This document shows, one piece after another, positions 49,801 through 64,000 of a stretch of DNA of 64,000 nucleotides (positions within the stretch are counted from its first letter, which is position 1; every line of letters begins with the position of its first letter). A model generated the notes under the pieces. The model ran no database searches. It was not told where the DNA came from and worked only from the letters and a program-made list of their open reading frames with translations. Source of the stretch: Macrostomum lignano (Eukaryota); the NCBI GenBank assembly GCA_002269645.1, contig NIVC01003270.1, positions 43,843 to 107,842 of the forward strand, read 5' to 3'. Position numbers and translations under genes: made by a program.

Positions 49801-51409
49801 CAGTGACTGTTGGTAATCAAGCTGATTGCAAACTATTGGCTACCTGAGACAGATAGTTTCTTTTTACTCTTACGACTAAAAGTTAGTGTGAGCTGCCTAA
49901 TATCTCTTATTACAGGTGAAATCTCGAAATTAGGTCAGAATTTTTAGTATATAGGATCGACAATAGAAGTATGAAATTAACAAATTAAATTTCGGTCTTA
50001 AAACATATTACGATAAGAATGCCAGTAGAAAAGCTTTGAATTTGCTTTTGTTTCAGCAGAAAATACTTTATTTTAAGTCTAAAACCGATAAAAACACAAC
50101 TACGAGTACATGAGAACTTTAAGCAGTTTTTTTTCGAATTCAAAAAGGGATTTGATTCGATCATGAAAAGCGCACTGCAGGGAGCACACACTGCTTCACT
50201 ATCATACTTTTTATACGGTGAGTTTGATGCATATGCTTTTTCATTTTTATTCCGACTTATTTAATTCAAGTTTTTATTACTTTTTTATTCCCAAGACCTT
50301 TATAACTGTTTCAGCTGAATGTTTAAAAAATTATTCTAGAAGTTTTTCATTAGCTATTATAAAAAAATTTACGCATTCTTCGTATTTATTGCTTTTAATT
50401 AATATGAAAGACAAGGTTCCGTAGGTTTTGTGAATTTTGTTGCTAACCATTTTTAAAAACGCAGACTCAACTATTAGTAGTTTTTATTAGAGTAGTATTT
50501 GTAGTTTTAGCTATAGCTAGTGTTGTCATAACTTGCGTGAAGAAATTATTATAATATCAAAATAAAACAAAATATCAATATATTCAACGTTTTTTAATTA
50601 TTCAACGTAGATGCTTTAAGTGCAGGACACGATCTTTAATAAATATGATAGCTTTAAATTGAATGACCCAAATAAATTCGCTTCTATACGAGAGCTTCTT
50701 TTCTCCATAATGCTTTCTCTGCTGCGATGTGCAACACTTGTATCAACACTTCTCTGGTGAAAAGCCATTTGATTGTGACGAGCAACGTGTATTTTTATTA
50801 TCAACAATAAAGCTATCAGTTTTTAATGAACCAAGACCAATTTCAAAGATATGTATGCTGGTTGAGTTTTGGCAGGTTATTTGTGTCAGTTTGAAGAGCT
50901 AAACCTCTTACGCTCGTAAAAAAATACAATTCTCGCTACGGTTGCCCCGAATGTTATTAACAGATGGATGCTGGTAAAACTAACCAGTTCCTCCAGCTCA
51001 TCCAGTTCCTCCGGACAACAGGACGTGCCACACTCTTTTCTCCAGAGGACCACACTGTAGGACAGACTGGGGGACCACCCTGACCGACTTCGTACCTTTG
51101 CCTGTCTGCGGGTCTTCAGGGGCTAGCGGAATGGATGACACTTGCCTCCCCGTTGTGTCCAATGGACCAACCTGCAGCTACTCGAAAGTCAAGAAGCGGG
51201 TAAAGTACGAGTATTTCTCAACTGAGTTCACTAGGCACGAATGGTCAGGCATTTATAACCTCATTCACCATGCAGTAGGAGCGCCAGTTATTATTTTCTG
51301 TCGTTGGTCAGCTACTTTCAGTCTCCATACTGAATTTCGAAACTGAGTTAAAGCAAATTCTAATATTTAGGTTACTATCATTATAAATTTTTTAACCAAA
51401 TACTGGAAA

Positions 51410-52010
<601 letters not shown>

Positions 52011-52128
52011 TATACTAACATGCACCGGCTATCTTGTAAATAGCGAGAAACTAAAGTTGCTGATGAAAGAGAGTCCTGTGCACGCGGCTGCAAATAGTGG
52101 CATATATCCTCCCATAATCCACCAGGTT

Positions 52129-52314
52129 TAGATCCACATGTGGGAGTAGATCCTCATGTGGGATTAGATCCTCATGCGGGATTAGATCCTCATGTGGGAT
52201 TAGATTCTCATGTGGGAGTAGATCCTCAGGTGGGTTTAGATCCTCAGGTGGGAGTAGATCCTCAGGTGGGAGTAGATCCTCAGGTGGGAGTAGATCCTCA
52301 TGCGGGAGTAGATA
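52129..52314. repeat. 18-bp tandem repeat (TAGATCCTCATGTGGGAG), ~10 copies
   Basis: TAGATCC recurs at 52147, 52165, 52183 and onward. Confidence 0.93.
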
Positions 52315-52554
52315 TATAGTGTGTAAAAAACTTCAAATTTTTATGTGCGTTCAGATCTTTTAGTAAGCATATGGCCCCTAAACTCAAATATGTAGTCACC
52401 GTTTCTCTAAATTAATGACGTCCCAAAGTGTATGCAGATGCTGTGCGCATTCTAGTGACAGTCAACTTGCACAAAGTGAAGAAGAGATTTGAGAACACAC
52501 GTTTCGCTGACATCTGCCATGACGTCTCATTGACAGGAGTAGTAGGGCGAATTA

Positions 52555-53030
52555 TGATACTGCCGCACTAGCACTGGCGAGATAGGCGGCAATGCAAATG
52601 TACAGGGAAAAATACACTGCGGAGATATGAGCCCTATCTCTGTGCATTGGGACGGCTAAGCACTGCAGAGATATGAGCTCTATCTCTGTGCATTGGGGAC
52701 GGCTAAGCACTGCAGAGATATGAGCTCTATCTCTGTGCATTGGGGACGGCTAAGCACTGCAGAGATATGAGCTCTATCTCTGTGCATTGGGGACGGCTAA
52801 GCACTGCAGAGATATGAGCTCTATCTCTGTGCATTGGGGACGGCTAAGCACTGCAGAGATATGAGCTCTATCTCTGTGCATTGGGGACGGCTAAGCACTG
52901 CGGAGATGGAGGCGATTCATGATACTGCCGCACTAGCACTGGCGAGATAGGCGGCAAAAAGGATATAGGAAAAATACACTGCGGAGAGGATCCTATCTCT
53001 GTGCATTGGGAACGGCTAAACATTGCAGAG
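52555..53030. repeat. Composite repeat: duplicated hairpin motif plus 47-bp palindromic tandem units
   Basis: GATACTGCCGCACTAGCACTGGCGAGATAGGCGGCAA at ~52556 and 52921. Six 46-47-bp units start at ~52617, 52663, 52710, 52757, 52804 and 52851. Confidence 0.9.
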
Positions 53031-54169
53031 ATAAGAGGGGTGGCCAATCTCTGTGCTCTGTGTTAGGGTAAGGTTATAAAGTTTTACAACTGCACAGAGG
53101 ACGGCTGGTGTTGCTTACCTGGATAAGGGGACGGGGGGATACACTAACTAGATTGAAGGTGTGCCACCTTAGCAGGTCGAAGTGCATTAATTGCTCAATA
53201 TTTCGAAATTATTTTTGATTTCTTTGAGTACAGTTTTGCAACACATAAAACCCTAAAAATGTTAAACTATTGTAAACTACTTAGATGCTACGTATTTTAG
53301 TTACATATGTCCTATGTGACTAATTAATTATAATTTACCATTCATTAATTTTTTAATCACAAAGTTCTATTAAATAGACTCAAAAAATCAAACTGAGACA
53401 CATGAATTAACATCATATACTAAGGTCCAAGAAATAATACTCATAATAAATATCTTGGACATTTGGACTTACGAAAAATAATCTTGCAATTAACAACGAA
53501 ATTAGTTAAAAAAAATTTTCGCCGCTCCGATTCTGTTCACTGTAATTTGAAATGAGATTTTCCTAGAAATTCAGCATTTCAAATGTACAGTTTAACGCCC
53601 ACAGGTACGTGAAACCACCGGATGCGACTTTGCAGTGAAATGCTTTGCCATTTGATACAAGTTACCCAACATTAGGTAGCCTGATCATTTAGCTAAATCC
53701 ATAATTAGGCACAGCAGCTTTCAAAACTCCGAAAAAACGAATTAATCAATAAATATGTAAACTATTATATGAGAAAAATACTGCCGTGTCTAAAACAAAA
53801 AGCGTCGAGCATTTAACTAACCTCACACAGTGCAATGAGAATTAAAAACAAAGATATTTTTATGGAAACTTTACACCATTTTTTACACTGTAAATTTTTT
53901 TACACTGTGAAAGGTTAATCAATGCTACTCACACTTTTAGGGACTTTCACTGCACATTTTGTGGGCGGTGCTGCGCGCAATAATAGTTTCGCAAATTTGT
54001 ATCAAAACCGCCAAACGGCAAACATGCGCGCAGTACCCACTCAATAGAGTGTTCGTTTTTGGAAAGAATATTTAAATTGTAACTCGAGCAGACATTAGCT
54101 TTTTAAGTGCTTTGCTTATGAGAATTCAGCAGCCACTGCAACGCAAATTACGCAATTTATCGTAAATAA

Positions 54170-57100
54170 TTGGATGGTTGTTGACTGGACGTATGGTTGT
54201 GACTGGATTGTTGCTGACTGGATGGTTGCTGACTGGATGGACGGTTGCTGACTGGATGGTTGCTGACTGGACGTATGGTTGTGACTGGATTGTTGCTGAC
54301 TGGAATGGTTGCTGACTGGACGGATGGTTGCTGACTGGATGGTTGCTGACTGGACGTATGGTTGTGACTGGATTGTTGCTGACTGGATGGTTGCTAACTG
54401 GATGGACGGTTGCTCACTGGATGGCTGCTGACTCGATGGCTGCTGACTAGATGGCTGCTGACTGGATGGTTGCTGACTGGATGTATGGTTGTGACTGGAT
54501 TGTTGCTGACTGGATTGTTGCTGACTGGATGGACTGTTGTTGACTGGATGGTTGCTGACTGGATGGATGTTTGCTGACTGGATGGTTGCTGACTGGATGG
54601 TTGCTGACTGGATGGTCGCTGACTGGATGGTTGTTGACTGGATGGGTGCTGACTGGATGGATGGTTGCTGACTGGATGGATGTTTGCTGACTGGATGGCT
54701 GCTGACAGGATGGCTGCTGACTGGATGGTTGCTGACTGGACGGTTGCTGACTCGATGGATGGTTGCTGACTAGATGGTTGCTGCCTGGATGGTTTCCGAC
54801 TGGATGGATGTTTGCTGACTGGATGGTTGCTGACTGGACGGATGGTTGTGACTGGATTGTTGCTGACTGGATGGACGGTTGCTGACTGGATGGTTGCTGA
54901 CTGGATGGTTGCTGACTGGATTGTTCCTGACTGGATTGTTGCTGACTGGACGGACGGTTGCTGACTGGATGGTTGCTGACTGGATGTATGGTTGTGACTG
55001 GATTGTTGCTGACTGGATTGTTGCTGACTGGATGGACGGTTGCTGACTGGATGGTTGCTGACTGGATGTATGGTTGTGACTGGATTGTTGCTGACTGGAT
55101 GGATGGTTGCTGACTGGATGGACTGTTGTTGACTGGATGGTTGCTGACTGGATGGATGTTTGCTGACTGGATGGTTGCTGACTGGATGGTTGCTGACTGG
55201 ATGGTTGCTGACTGGATGGTCGCTGACTGGATGGTTGTTGACTGGATGGTTGCTGACTGGATGGACGGTTGTTGACTGGATGGTTGCTGACTGGATGGAT
55301 GATTGCTGACTGGATGGTTGCTGACTGGACGGTTGCTGACTGGATGGATGGTTGCTGACTGGATAGTTGCTGACTGGATGGACGGTTGCTGACTGGATTG
55401 TTGCTGACTGGATTGTTGCTGACTGGATGGACGGTTGCTGACTGGATGGTTGCTGACTGGATGTATGGTTGTGACTGGATTGTTGCTGACTGGATTGTTG
55501 CTGACTGGATTGTTGCTGACTGGATGATTGGTTGCTGACTTGATGGACTGTTGTTGACTGGATGGTTGCTGACTGGATGGATGTTTGCTGACTGGATGGT
55601 TGCTGACTGGATGGTTGCTGACTGGATGGTCGCTGACTGGATGGTTGTTGACTGGATGGGTGCTGACTGGATGGACGGTTGCTGACTGGATGGCTGCTGA
55701 CTGGATGGCTGCTGACAGGATGGCTGCTGACTGGATGGTTGCTGACTGGACGGATGGTTGCTGACTGGATGGTTGCTAACTGGATGGACGGTTGCTCACT
55801 GGATGGCTGCTGACTCGATGGCTGCTGACTAGATGGCTGCTGACTGGATGGTTGCTGACTGGATGTATGGTTGTGACTGGATTGTTGCTGACTGGATTGT
55901 TGCTGACTGGATGGACTGTTGTTGACTGGATGGTTGCTGACTGGATGGATGTTTGCTGACTGGATGGTTGCTGACTGGATGGTTGCTGACTGGATGGTCG
56001 CTGACTGGATGGTTGTTGACTGGATGGGTGCTGACTGGATGGATGGTTGCTGACTGGATGAATGTTTGCTGACTGGATGGCTGCTGACAGGATGGCTGCT
56101 GACAGGATGGTTGCTGACTGGACGGTTGCTGACTCGATGGATGGTTGCTGACTAGATGGTTGCTGCCTGGATGGTTTCCGACTGGATGGATGTTTGCTGA
56201 CTGGATGGTTGCTGACTGGACGGATGGTTGTGACTGGATTGTTGCTGACTGGATGGACGGTTGCTGACTGGATGGTTGCTGACTGGATGGTTGCTGACTG
56301 GATTGTTCCTGACTGGATTGTTGCTGACTGGATGGACGGTTGCTGACTGGATGGTTGCTGACTGGATGTATGGTTGTGACTGGATTGTTGCTGACTGGAT
56401 TGTTGCTGACTGGATGGACGGTTGCTGACTGGATGGTTGCTGACTGGATGTATGGTTGTGACTGGATTGTTGCTGACTGGATGGATGGTTGCTGACTGGA
56501 TGGACTGTTGTTGACTGGATGGTTGCTGACTGGATGGATGTTTGCTGACTGGATGGTTGCTGACTGGATGGTTGCTGACTGGATGGTTGCTGACTGGATG
56601 GTCGCTGACTGGATGGTTGTTGACTGGATGGTTGCTGACTGGATGGACGGTTGTTGACTGGATGGTTGCTGACTGGATGGATGATTGCTGACTGGATGGT
56701 TGCTGACTGGACGGTTGCTGACTGGATGGATGGTTGCTGACTGGATAGTTGCTGACTGGATGGACGGTTGCTGACTGGATTGTTGCTGACTGGATTGTTG
56801 CTGACTGGATGGACGGTTGCTGACTGGATGGTTGCTGACTGGATGTATGGTTGTGACTGGATTGTTGCTGACTGGATTGTTGCTGACTGGATTGTTGCTG
56901 ACTGGATGATTGGTTGCTGACTTGATGGACTGTTGTTGACTGGATGGTTGCTGACTGGATGGACGGTTGCTGACTGGATGGTTGCTGACTGGATGGATGT
57001 TTGCTGACTGGATGGTTGCTGACTGGATGGTTGCTGACTGGATGGTCGCTGACTGGATGGTTGTTGACTGGATGGGTGCTGACTGGATGGATGGTTGCTG

Positions 57101-60100
57101 ACTGGATGAATGTTTGCTGACTGGATGGCTGCTGACAGGATGGCTGCTGACTGGATGGTTGCTGACTGGACGGTTGCTGACTCGATGGATGGTTGCTGAC
57201 TAGATGGTTGCTGCCTGGATGGTTTCCGACTGGATGGATGTTTGCTGACTGGATGGTTGCTGACTGGACGGATGGTTGTGACTGGATTGTTGCTGACTGG
57301 ATGGACGGTTGCTGACTGGATGGTTGCTGACTGGATGGTTGCTGACTGGATTGTTCCTGACTGGATTGTTGCTGACTGGATGGACGGTTGCTGACTGGAT
57401 GGTTGCTGACTGGATGTATGGTTGTGACTGGATTGTTGCTGACTGGATTGTTGCTGACTGGATGGACGGTTGCTGACTGGATGGTTGCTGACTGGATGTA
57501 TGGTTGTGACTGGATTGTTGCTGACTGGATGGATGGTTGCTGACTGGATGGACTGTTGTTGACTGGATGGTTGCTGACTGGATGGATGTTTGCTGACTGG
57601 ATGGTTGCTGACTGGATGGTTGCTGACTGGATGGTTGCTGACTGGATGGTCGCTGACTGGATGGTTGTTGACTGGATGGTTGCTGACTGGATGGACGGTT
57701 GTTGACTGGATGGTTGCTGACTGGATGGATGATTGCTGACTGGATGGTTGCTGACTGGACGGTTGCTGACTGGATGGATGGTTGCTGACTGGATAGTTGC
57801 TGACTGGATGGACGGTTGCTGACTGGATTGTTGCTGACTGGATTGTTGCTGACTGGATGGACGGTTGCTGACTGGATGGTTGCTGACTGGATGTATGGTT
57901 GTGACTGGATTGTTGCTGACTGGATTGTTGCTGACTGGATGATTGGTTGCTGACTTGATGGACTGTTGTTGACTGGATGGTTGCTGACTGGATGGATGTT
58001 TGCTGACTGGATGGTTGCTGACTGGATGGTTGCTGACTGGATGGTCGCTGACTGGATGGTTGTTGACTGGATGGGTGCTGACTGGATGGACGGTTGCTGA
58101 CTGGATGGCTGCTGACTGGATGGCTGCTGACAGGATGGCTGCTGACTGGATGGTTGCTGACTGGACGGATGGTTGCTGACTGGATGGTTGCTGACTGGAT
58201 GTATGGTTGTGACTGGATTGTTGCTGACTGGATGGATGGTTGCTGACTGGATGGACTGTTGTTGACTGGATGGTTGCTGACTGGATGGATGTTTGCTGAC
58301 TGGATGGACTGTTGTTGACTGGATGGTTGCTGACTGGATGGTTGCTGACTGGATGGTCGCTGACTGGATGGTTGTTGACTGGATGGTTGCTGACTGGATG
58401 GATGGTTGCTGACTGGATAGTTGCTGACTGGATGGACGGTTGCTGACTGGATTGTTGCTGACTGGATTGTTGCTGACTGGATGGACGGTTGCTGACTGGA
58501 TGGTTGCTGACTGGATGTATGGTTGTGACTGGATTGTTGCTGACTGGATTGTTGCTGACTGGATTGTTGCTGACTGGATGATTGGTTGCTGACTTGATGG
58601 ACTGTTGTTGACTGGATGGTTGCTGACTGGATGGATGTTTGCTGACTGGATGGTTGCTGACTGGATGGTTGCTGACTGGATGGTCGCTGACTGGATGGTT
58701 GTTGACTGGATGGGTGCTGACTGGATGGACGGTTGCTGACTGGATGGCTGCTGACTGGATGGCTGCTGACAGGATGGCTGCTGACTGGATGGTTGCTGAC
58801 TGGACGGATGGTTGCTGACTGGATGGTTGCTGACTGGATGTATGGTTGTGACTGGATTGTTGCTGACTGGATGGATGGTTGCTGACTGGATGGACTGTTG
58901 TTGACTGGATGGTTGCTGACTGGATGGATGTTTGCTGACTGGATGGACTGTTGTTGACTGGATGGTTGCTGACTGGATGGTTGCTGACTGGATGGTCGCT
59001 GACTGGATGGTTGTTGACTGGATGGTGCTGACTGGATGGACGGTTGCTGACTGGATGGCTGCTGACTGGATGGCTGCTGACAGGATGGCTGCTGACTGGA
59101 TGGTTGCTGACTGGACGGATGGTTGCTGACTGGATGGTTGCTGACTGGATGGTTGCTGACTGGATTGTTGCTGACTGGATGGATGGTTGCTGGACGAATG
59201 GTTGCTGACTGGATGGTTGCTGACTGGATGGTTGCTGACTGGATGGTTGCTGAATGGATGGATGGTTGCTGACTGGATGGTTGCTGACTGGATGGTTGCT
59301 GACTGGACGTATGGTTGTGACTGGATGGTTGCCGACTGGATGGTCGCTGACTGGACGGATGATTGCTGACTGGACGGATGGTTGCTGACTGGATGACTGG
59401 ATGCTGACTGGATGGTTGTGACTGGATGGTTGCTGACTGGATGATTGCTGACTGGATTGTTGCTGACTGGATGGACGGTTGCTGACTGGATGGCTGCTGA
59501 CTGGACGGATGCTGACTGGATGGTTGCTGACTGGATGGTTGCTGACTGGATGGATGCTGACTGACGAATGGTTGCTGACTGGATGGATGTTTGCTGACTG
59601 GATGGTTGCTGACTGGATGGTTGCTGACTGGATGGATGGTTGCTGGACGAATGGTTGCTGACTGGATGGTTGCTGACTGGATGGTTGCTGACTGGATGGT
59701 TGCTGAATGGATGGATGGTTGCTGACTGGATGGTTGCTGACTGGACGTATGGTTGTGACTGGATGGTTGCCGACTGGATGGTCGCTGACTGGACGGATGA
59801 TTGCTGACTGGACGGATGGTTGCTGACTGGACGGATGGTTGCTGACTGGATGACTGCTGACTGGATGGTTGTGACTGGATGGTTGCTGACTGGATGATTG
59901 CTGACTGGATTGTTGCTGACTGGATGGACGGTTGCTGACTGGATGGCTGCTGACTGGACGGATGCTGACTGGATGGTTGCTGACTGGATGGTTGCTGACT
60001 GGATGGATGCTGACTGGACGAATGGTTGCTGACTGGATGGATGTTTGCTGACTGGATGGTTGCTGACTGGATGGTTGCTGACTGGATGTTGCTGACTGAC

Positions 60101-60150
60101 GGCTGCTGACTGGACGGATGCTGACTGGATGATAGTTGCTGACTAAATAG
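54170..60150. repeat. 6-kb minisatellite, 15/19-bp units (GGATGGTTGCTGACT and variants) with higher-order repeats
   Basis: Tandem array read directly. Rare variants recur at fixed spacings of 1382 and 1048 bp. Confidence 0.97.
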
Positions 60151-60172
60151 TTGCCGACTTTAGAATAGCAAG

Positions 60173-63100
60173 TTAGCGGCTATCAGAATTCGCGGATGAG
60201 CACATTCTCAGCAAACGCTTTTGCTCATGCAACTGCGTCTGCACTTTTTGTGCAGAAAAAAGGCTCACGAAATTGTTGTAATCGCAACTTGATACTCGCA
60301 AATCTGCAAATGCACGAACTCTACTCACCGCAGTATAAAATAATCCAGCTGAATAGCTTTCCTGGCGCCTCCTTTGCTAAACGCCACGCTACGCTTTTGG
60401 AATTGTAAGTCCTTGGCTCTTGTGAATCGTACTAGCCCAAGCCAATCGTAGTGGAAATTGTTGACGCGACAATTGGGCTCCTCCTTTAAACTTTTCATTC
60501 GTTACTGACAGAATTGGCACTACACGAATTGCACGATTATCTTGTACAATTGCCCCCATTGCTGGGCCAGAATAATTGTCAAATTCAACCAAATACAATC
60601 TGGCCAATCCTTTGGTGATTGCCTTCCAGGAGCGTAGCAAATTCCTCGTACAGTTCCAACTGATCCATTCACAAGTCCATTGCGTACTGACAGATTTCTA
60701 GTTAGCATTACTCGAGCACCAATACACAAATAGAGTCGCTTCTCCAGATTCGTATCCGATTTTTATGTTCCTTCTTTTGCCACACAATTTTGCTTCGTCT
60801 CCTTTACAAATTGCGTTAATTTGCCGCACAGGATTCAATTCGGAAACCATCTTTCCCAATAGCATGTAGTTGCGATTTCTCACATCCTCGTTAGTGTGAT
60901 ATAAAAATGTACACCCGCTTTGGAAACCTTCAGGAAAAGGTCGGGAGCATAGACGCGACAATTGTTCATCAACGAATTCCAGCAGGCTTCGTCGGCCTTG
61001 CCTTCGCGAAGTTTATCCAACAACTGGGCGAATTCGTATCGTTTGCTTGTCGGACTTGTTCTGTCAGATGCACAACCTTTTTGAACTCCATGTACAATTT
61101 ATAGCCTTCAGATTTCAATATATCGTGCTTCTTTTGATTTGGATTGTAAACGTACAGTTGCGTGTCCAAAACTGGAGGCAATTGAAACACGTCGCCAATT
61201 AGGATTACAGATCGACCACCAAAACTCTGTTTACTGTGTTCTGGAAACAATCGCGCAAAACACGAGCAGCATCCACCTTACGGAGTAACCTTTGGCCAAG
61301 CATGCTAAATCGTCAATAAAAATGTAGCGCACATCTTTCCACTGCTCTTGCATCTCCATTAGGGATTTCTTGCCAACACCAGCACTAAAATTTACATTCA
61401 ATTTCAAAGCCGAGTGCAAAGTTTCGCCTGCAATATTGAAAGCGCTACGCCTGTTGATGCCATAATTCTGCATCTTGATTCTCCAATCAACCGACGCATG
61501 TAGAAATCAAGTAGCTTTTTCCAGTTCCAGCGCTACCATACAAAATTGCTTTGAGAGGCTCCGGCTTTTCGCCTTGGTTTTCTTCGGCTAGTCTTGAAAG
61601 CTGCAAATGACTTTCAATTAGGTTGTACATTTCTCGCTGCCGAACATTAAGCGATTCACACTGTTTATCGGCATGTCAGCGACCTCTCTTGCGCCAAGTT
61701 TTAGGTCGCTACTTAAAAACGCCTTTGCTTCTCCAACCGTTGGAAACTGGCTAGCTGCGCTCCAGCAGTCAAAATTTCTGCGGCTTTGGCAATTGATCTT
61801 CTGGACAGGCCAATAGATTTCTCTCGCGATGAAGTGCCCCCACTGCAACCATAATCTTCTTGCTCTTCGTGCTCATAAGTTGGCTGAGCAGCAGATTGGC
61901 ATTTGCGTTGGTCATTTCGGGTAGCTCCGCAACTGCTTCGACTTCTTCGTCAGCTTCGTCGTTGCGCAAATCGTCCAAATTGGGCAGCTGCAGCTCGCAT
62001 CGATTCTCAGCAGGCATGGCTTCGTACGCTTGCTGCCAGCTTGTGTGCAAACCTTTTGGCTTCTCGCTCATTTCGCCAACAACTGTACAACAAAACCTGC
62101 TGCCGATAATAGCCTTCGCGTCTTTCGTCTGATTGCTCATTCGTCGAAAAAATGGACTGATTAGCAAAACTACTTGTTTCGGCCTTTTTGTGCACCTCCC
62201 ATTAGGCTGAGACAGTAGTCGGAAAAGAAACGAAACATTTTACATTTTCCAAATTCTTTGCACGCTTTGAATACTTGTCGCAACTATTCCTGCAAACACC
62301 CTTTCCTCCACTGCGCGGGTTTTCGCCAGTCTGAACAAAAACAAATTCTCGCGAACCCTTGTACATTGACGTCTGCAATAGCAAATGCATTGCCTCTTGC
62401 GCCGAATAATCACGCGCTCCAACTTGCGCCATCAAGTGTTGTTGTAAACACGCCTTGCAGTGTTGCTACGCTGAAAATTGTTATCGGCATTCTGTTCTGC
62501 ATTATCTTCCAACTCCTTATGAAGACGCTTGTCAGCTCCGCCATATAATCCGACTCCTTTTCGCTTTTTGTCGCATACTTGATCAAATAGGCGAATCAAA
62601 TTCTTCACGGACGAAATCATTTGAACATCGACATTGCTCCCACATGCACAGCAACTGCGGACTGTGAGAAATCATTCGCTCGTCGTTGCGCTGCGTCTCA
62701 ACTTGCCAATTTAAACGGGATACTCGCTTTGCAACAGTCTTTCCTGCGGCTCGCGCGGATACTTGAATCGGCACTCTTGTTTGCCTTTACTGTCGCAAGC
62801 ACTTTTTACTGCAAATAGTGTGCCTCTCTGTCAAATGCGAAATTAACTGCAAATCTTGCTTGTCATTTTCAATCTCTCCGGTTTCAGTTGAGCTGGATGA
62901 CCTTGACCTGCTAAACTGCCATTCAAAAACTTGATTTCCATAATCCGATTCGTCCATGGCCAAATTCCAACTACAGATGTACTTGTCAACAGCTCGTCAA
63001 TTCTTCTGCATTCAATGTATTCGATGTCACATCAACACCATCTGGCATCCAAATGCAACCGTGAACGTGTGGACTTCCGCGACTCTGATATTCTATGCGA

Positions 63101-64000
63101 AACCAATAATCGTTTACTTTCCAGTGCTCGACCAAAAAACTTTCAAACATGTTTCAAATCGCAACCAAAACACAGTGTCTGCCATTCCGGATCTTTTTGC
63201 AACTTTGACAACATTTCTGCTCTTAGTTCTACATTGCTTTCATATTGCTCTGCATCGATTCCCCAGGCATGCGCAACTCTGGCCAATGTACATCTGCTGC
63301 GATAGTGTCACGAAAATGAGGAACACCAGCGTTCGAATCATGGCTTCCAATTGCCGTCCTTTACTCTGCCAATAAGCGCTTGTGCCTCGCAAATCTGATG
63401 CTCGAACTGACACGCTAGCCAATACTGCCGGGTCATTTTAGTGCTTCAATCATTTCCTTGGCACTTAATCCAGCATACTTGTTGTCGTGTACAAACACGC
63501 GACCAACTTCCAGCGCCCTCCAACGCATCACCATATTTTCAATGTAAAATTTAAACCGCAAATCCGGTACGAAATCTTGACACCGGAATTGCATCAAATG
63601 CTTTGCATAGTCGCCCAAACTTAGTCCAAAATTACGTGGCGTACTATAATCTCCTGCTCCATCCGGAAAGAGATGAGGATAAGCCAATGTAAAATATCCT
63701 TCATCCTGAAATTCGTTTACCGGCTCGTTGCTTCTTGCTGGCCATTTCAATTTTTCACTCAAAAATTTGTCTCGTACTGCCGATTCCAATCGACGCAAAG
63801 GAGTCTCCAACGCGAACTAATTGTTTCCCTCGAGCTCGTTCGTCTCGTCCGCATTTTTTTCTACTTGTTGCTGCAATCGCTCAGCTCTGGCTGAGCCGCC
63901 TTCTTGCTGTGCCGCCTCGAAATTCACTTTCATTGTCAGACTGCATTTCGACAATCATACCTTCTACTTGATGGAGCATAACCATCTTCAGGCAGATGTA
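60173..64000 (-). mobile_element. Helitron Rep/PIF1-helicase gene, disrupted; runs off the right edge of the window
   Basis: LFPDGAGD, LRGTSAYW, HUH motif EYQSRGSPHVHGCIW (~63061), YLIKYATKSE (62575-62589), RDYSAQEAMHLL, Walker A GSAGTGKS (61514-61537), FGGRSVILIGDVFQLPPV, NGLVNGSVG, FPLRLAWASTIHKSQGLT, YTAVSRV, stop at 60173. Many frameshifts and stops. Confidence 0.92.

Noticed and set aside
53114-53130. U1 snRNA-like CTTACCTGG
   Set aside because: Only 9 nt match and no U1 stem-loops or Sm site follow. It is simply the reverse complement of a donor consensus.
58932-59661. (MVADW)n / (LLTGW)n ORFs
   Set aside because: Translations of the 15-bp satellite.

Overview
Eukaryotic (animal) genomic DNA with GT-AG introns, GC-rich exons and very abundant micro/minisatellites. 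The style suggests a free-living flatworm such as Macrostomum lignano (inference, not proven). Gene models built by hand from splice sites: PRPF40A-like U1 snRNP protein (- strand, 3 exons, ~920 aa); WDR34/DYNC2I2-like dynein-2 intermediate chain (- strand, 4 exons, ~598 aa); a convergent pair of paralogous secreted PAN/apple + ConA-like (LamG/pentraxin-type) genes; an orphan WSC-domain exon; and a ~1376 aa TRP channel that joins a long ankyrin array to a TRPM-like linker, pore and TRP helix. Mobile DNA: a complete non-autonomous LTR element (LTRs, PBS, PPT, 4-bp TSD, empty-site paralogue nearby), a frameshifted IS630-Tc1-mariner transposon, a disrupted Helitron Rep/helicase followed directly by a 6-kb minisatellite with higher-order repeats, several MITE/foldback elements and probable decayed retroelements with hammerhead-like motifs. 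Least expected signals: the ankyrin-TRPM-like channel, and two ~63-bp 28S rRNA fragments that span the R2/I-PpoI target site and are altered specifically at that site.
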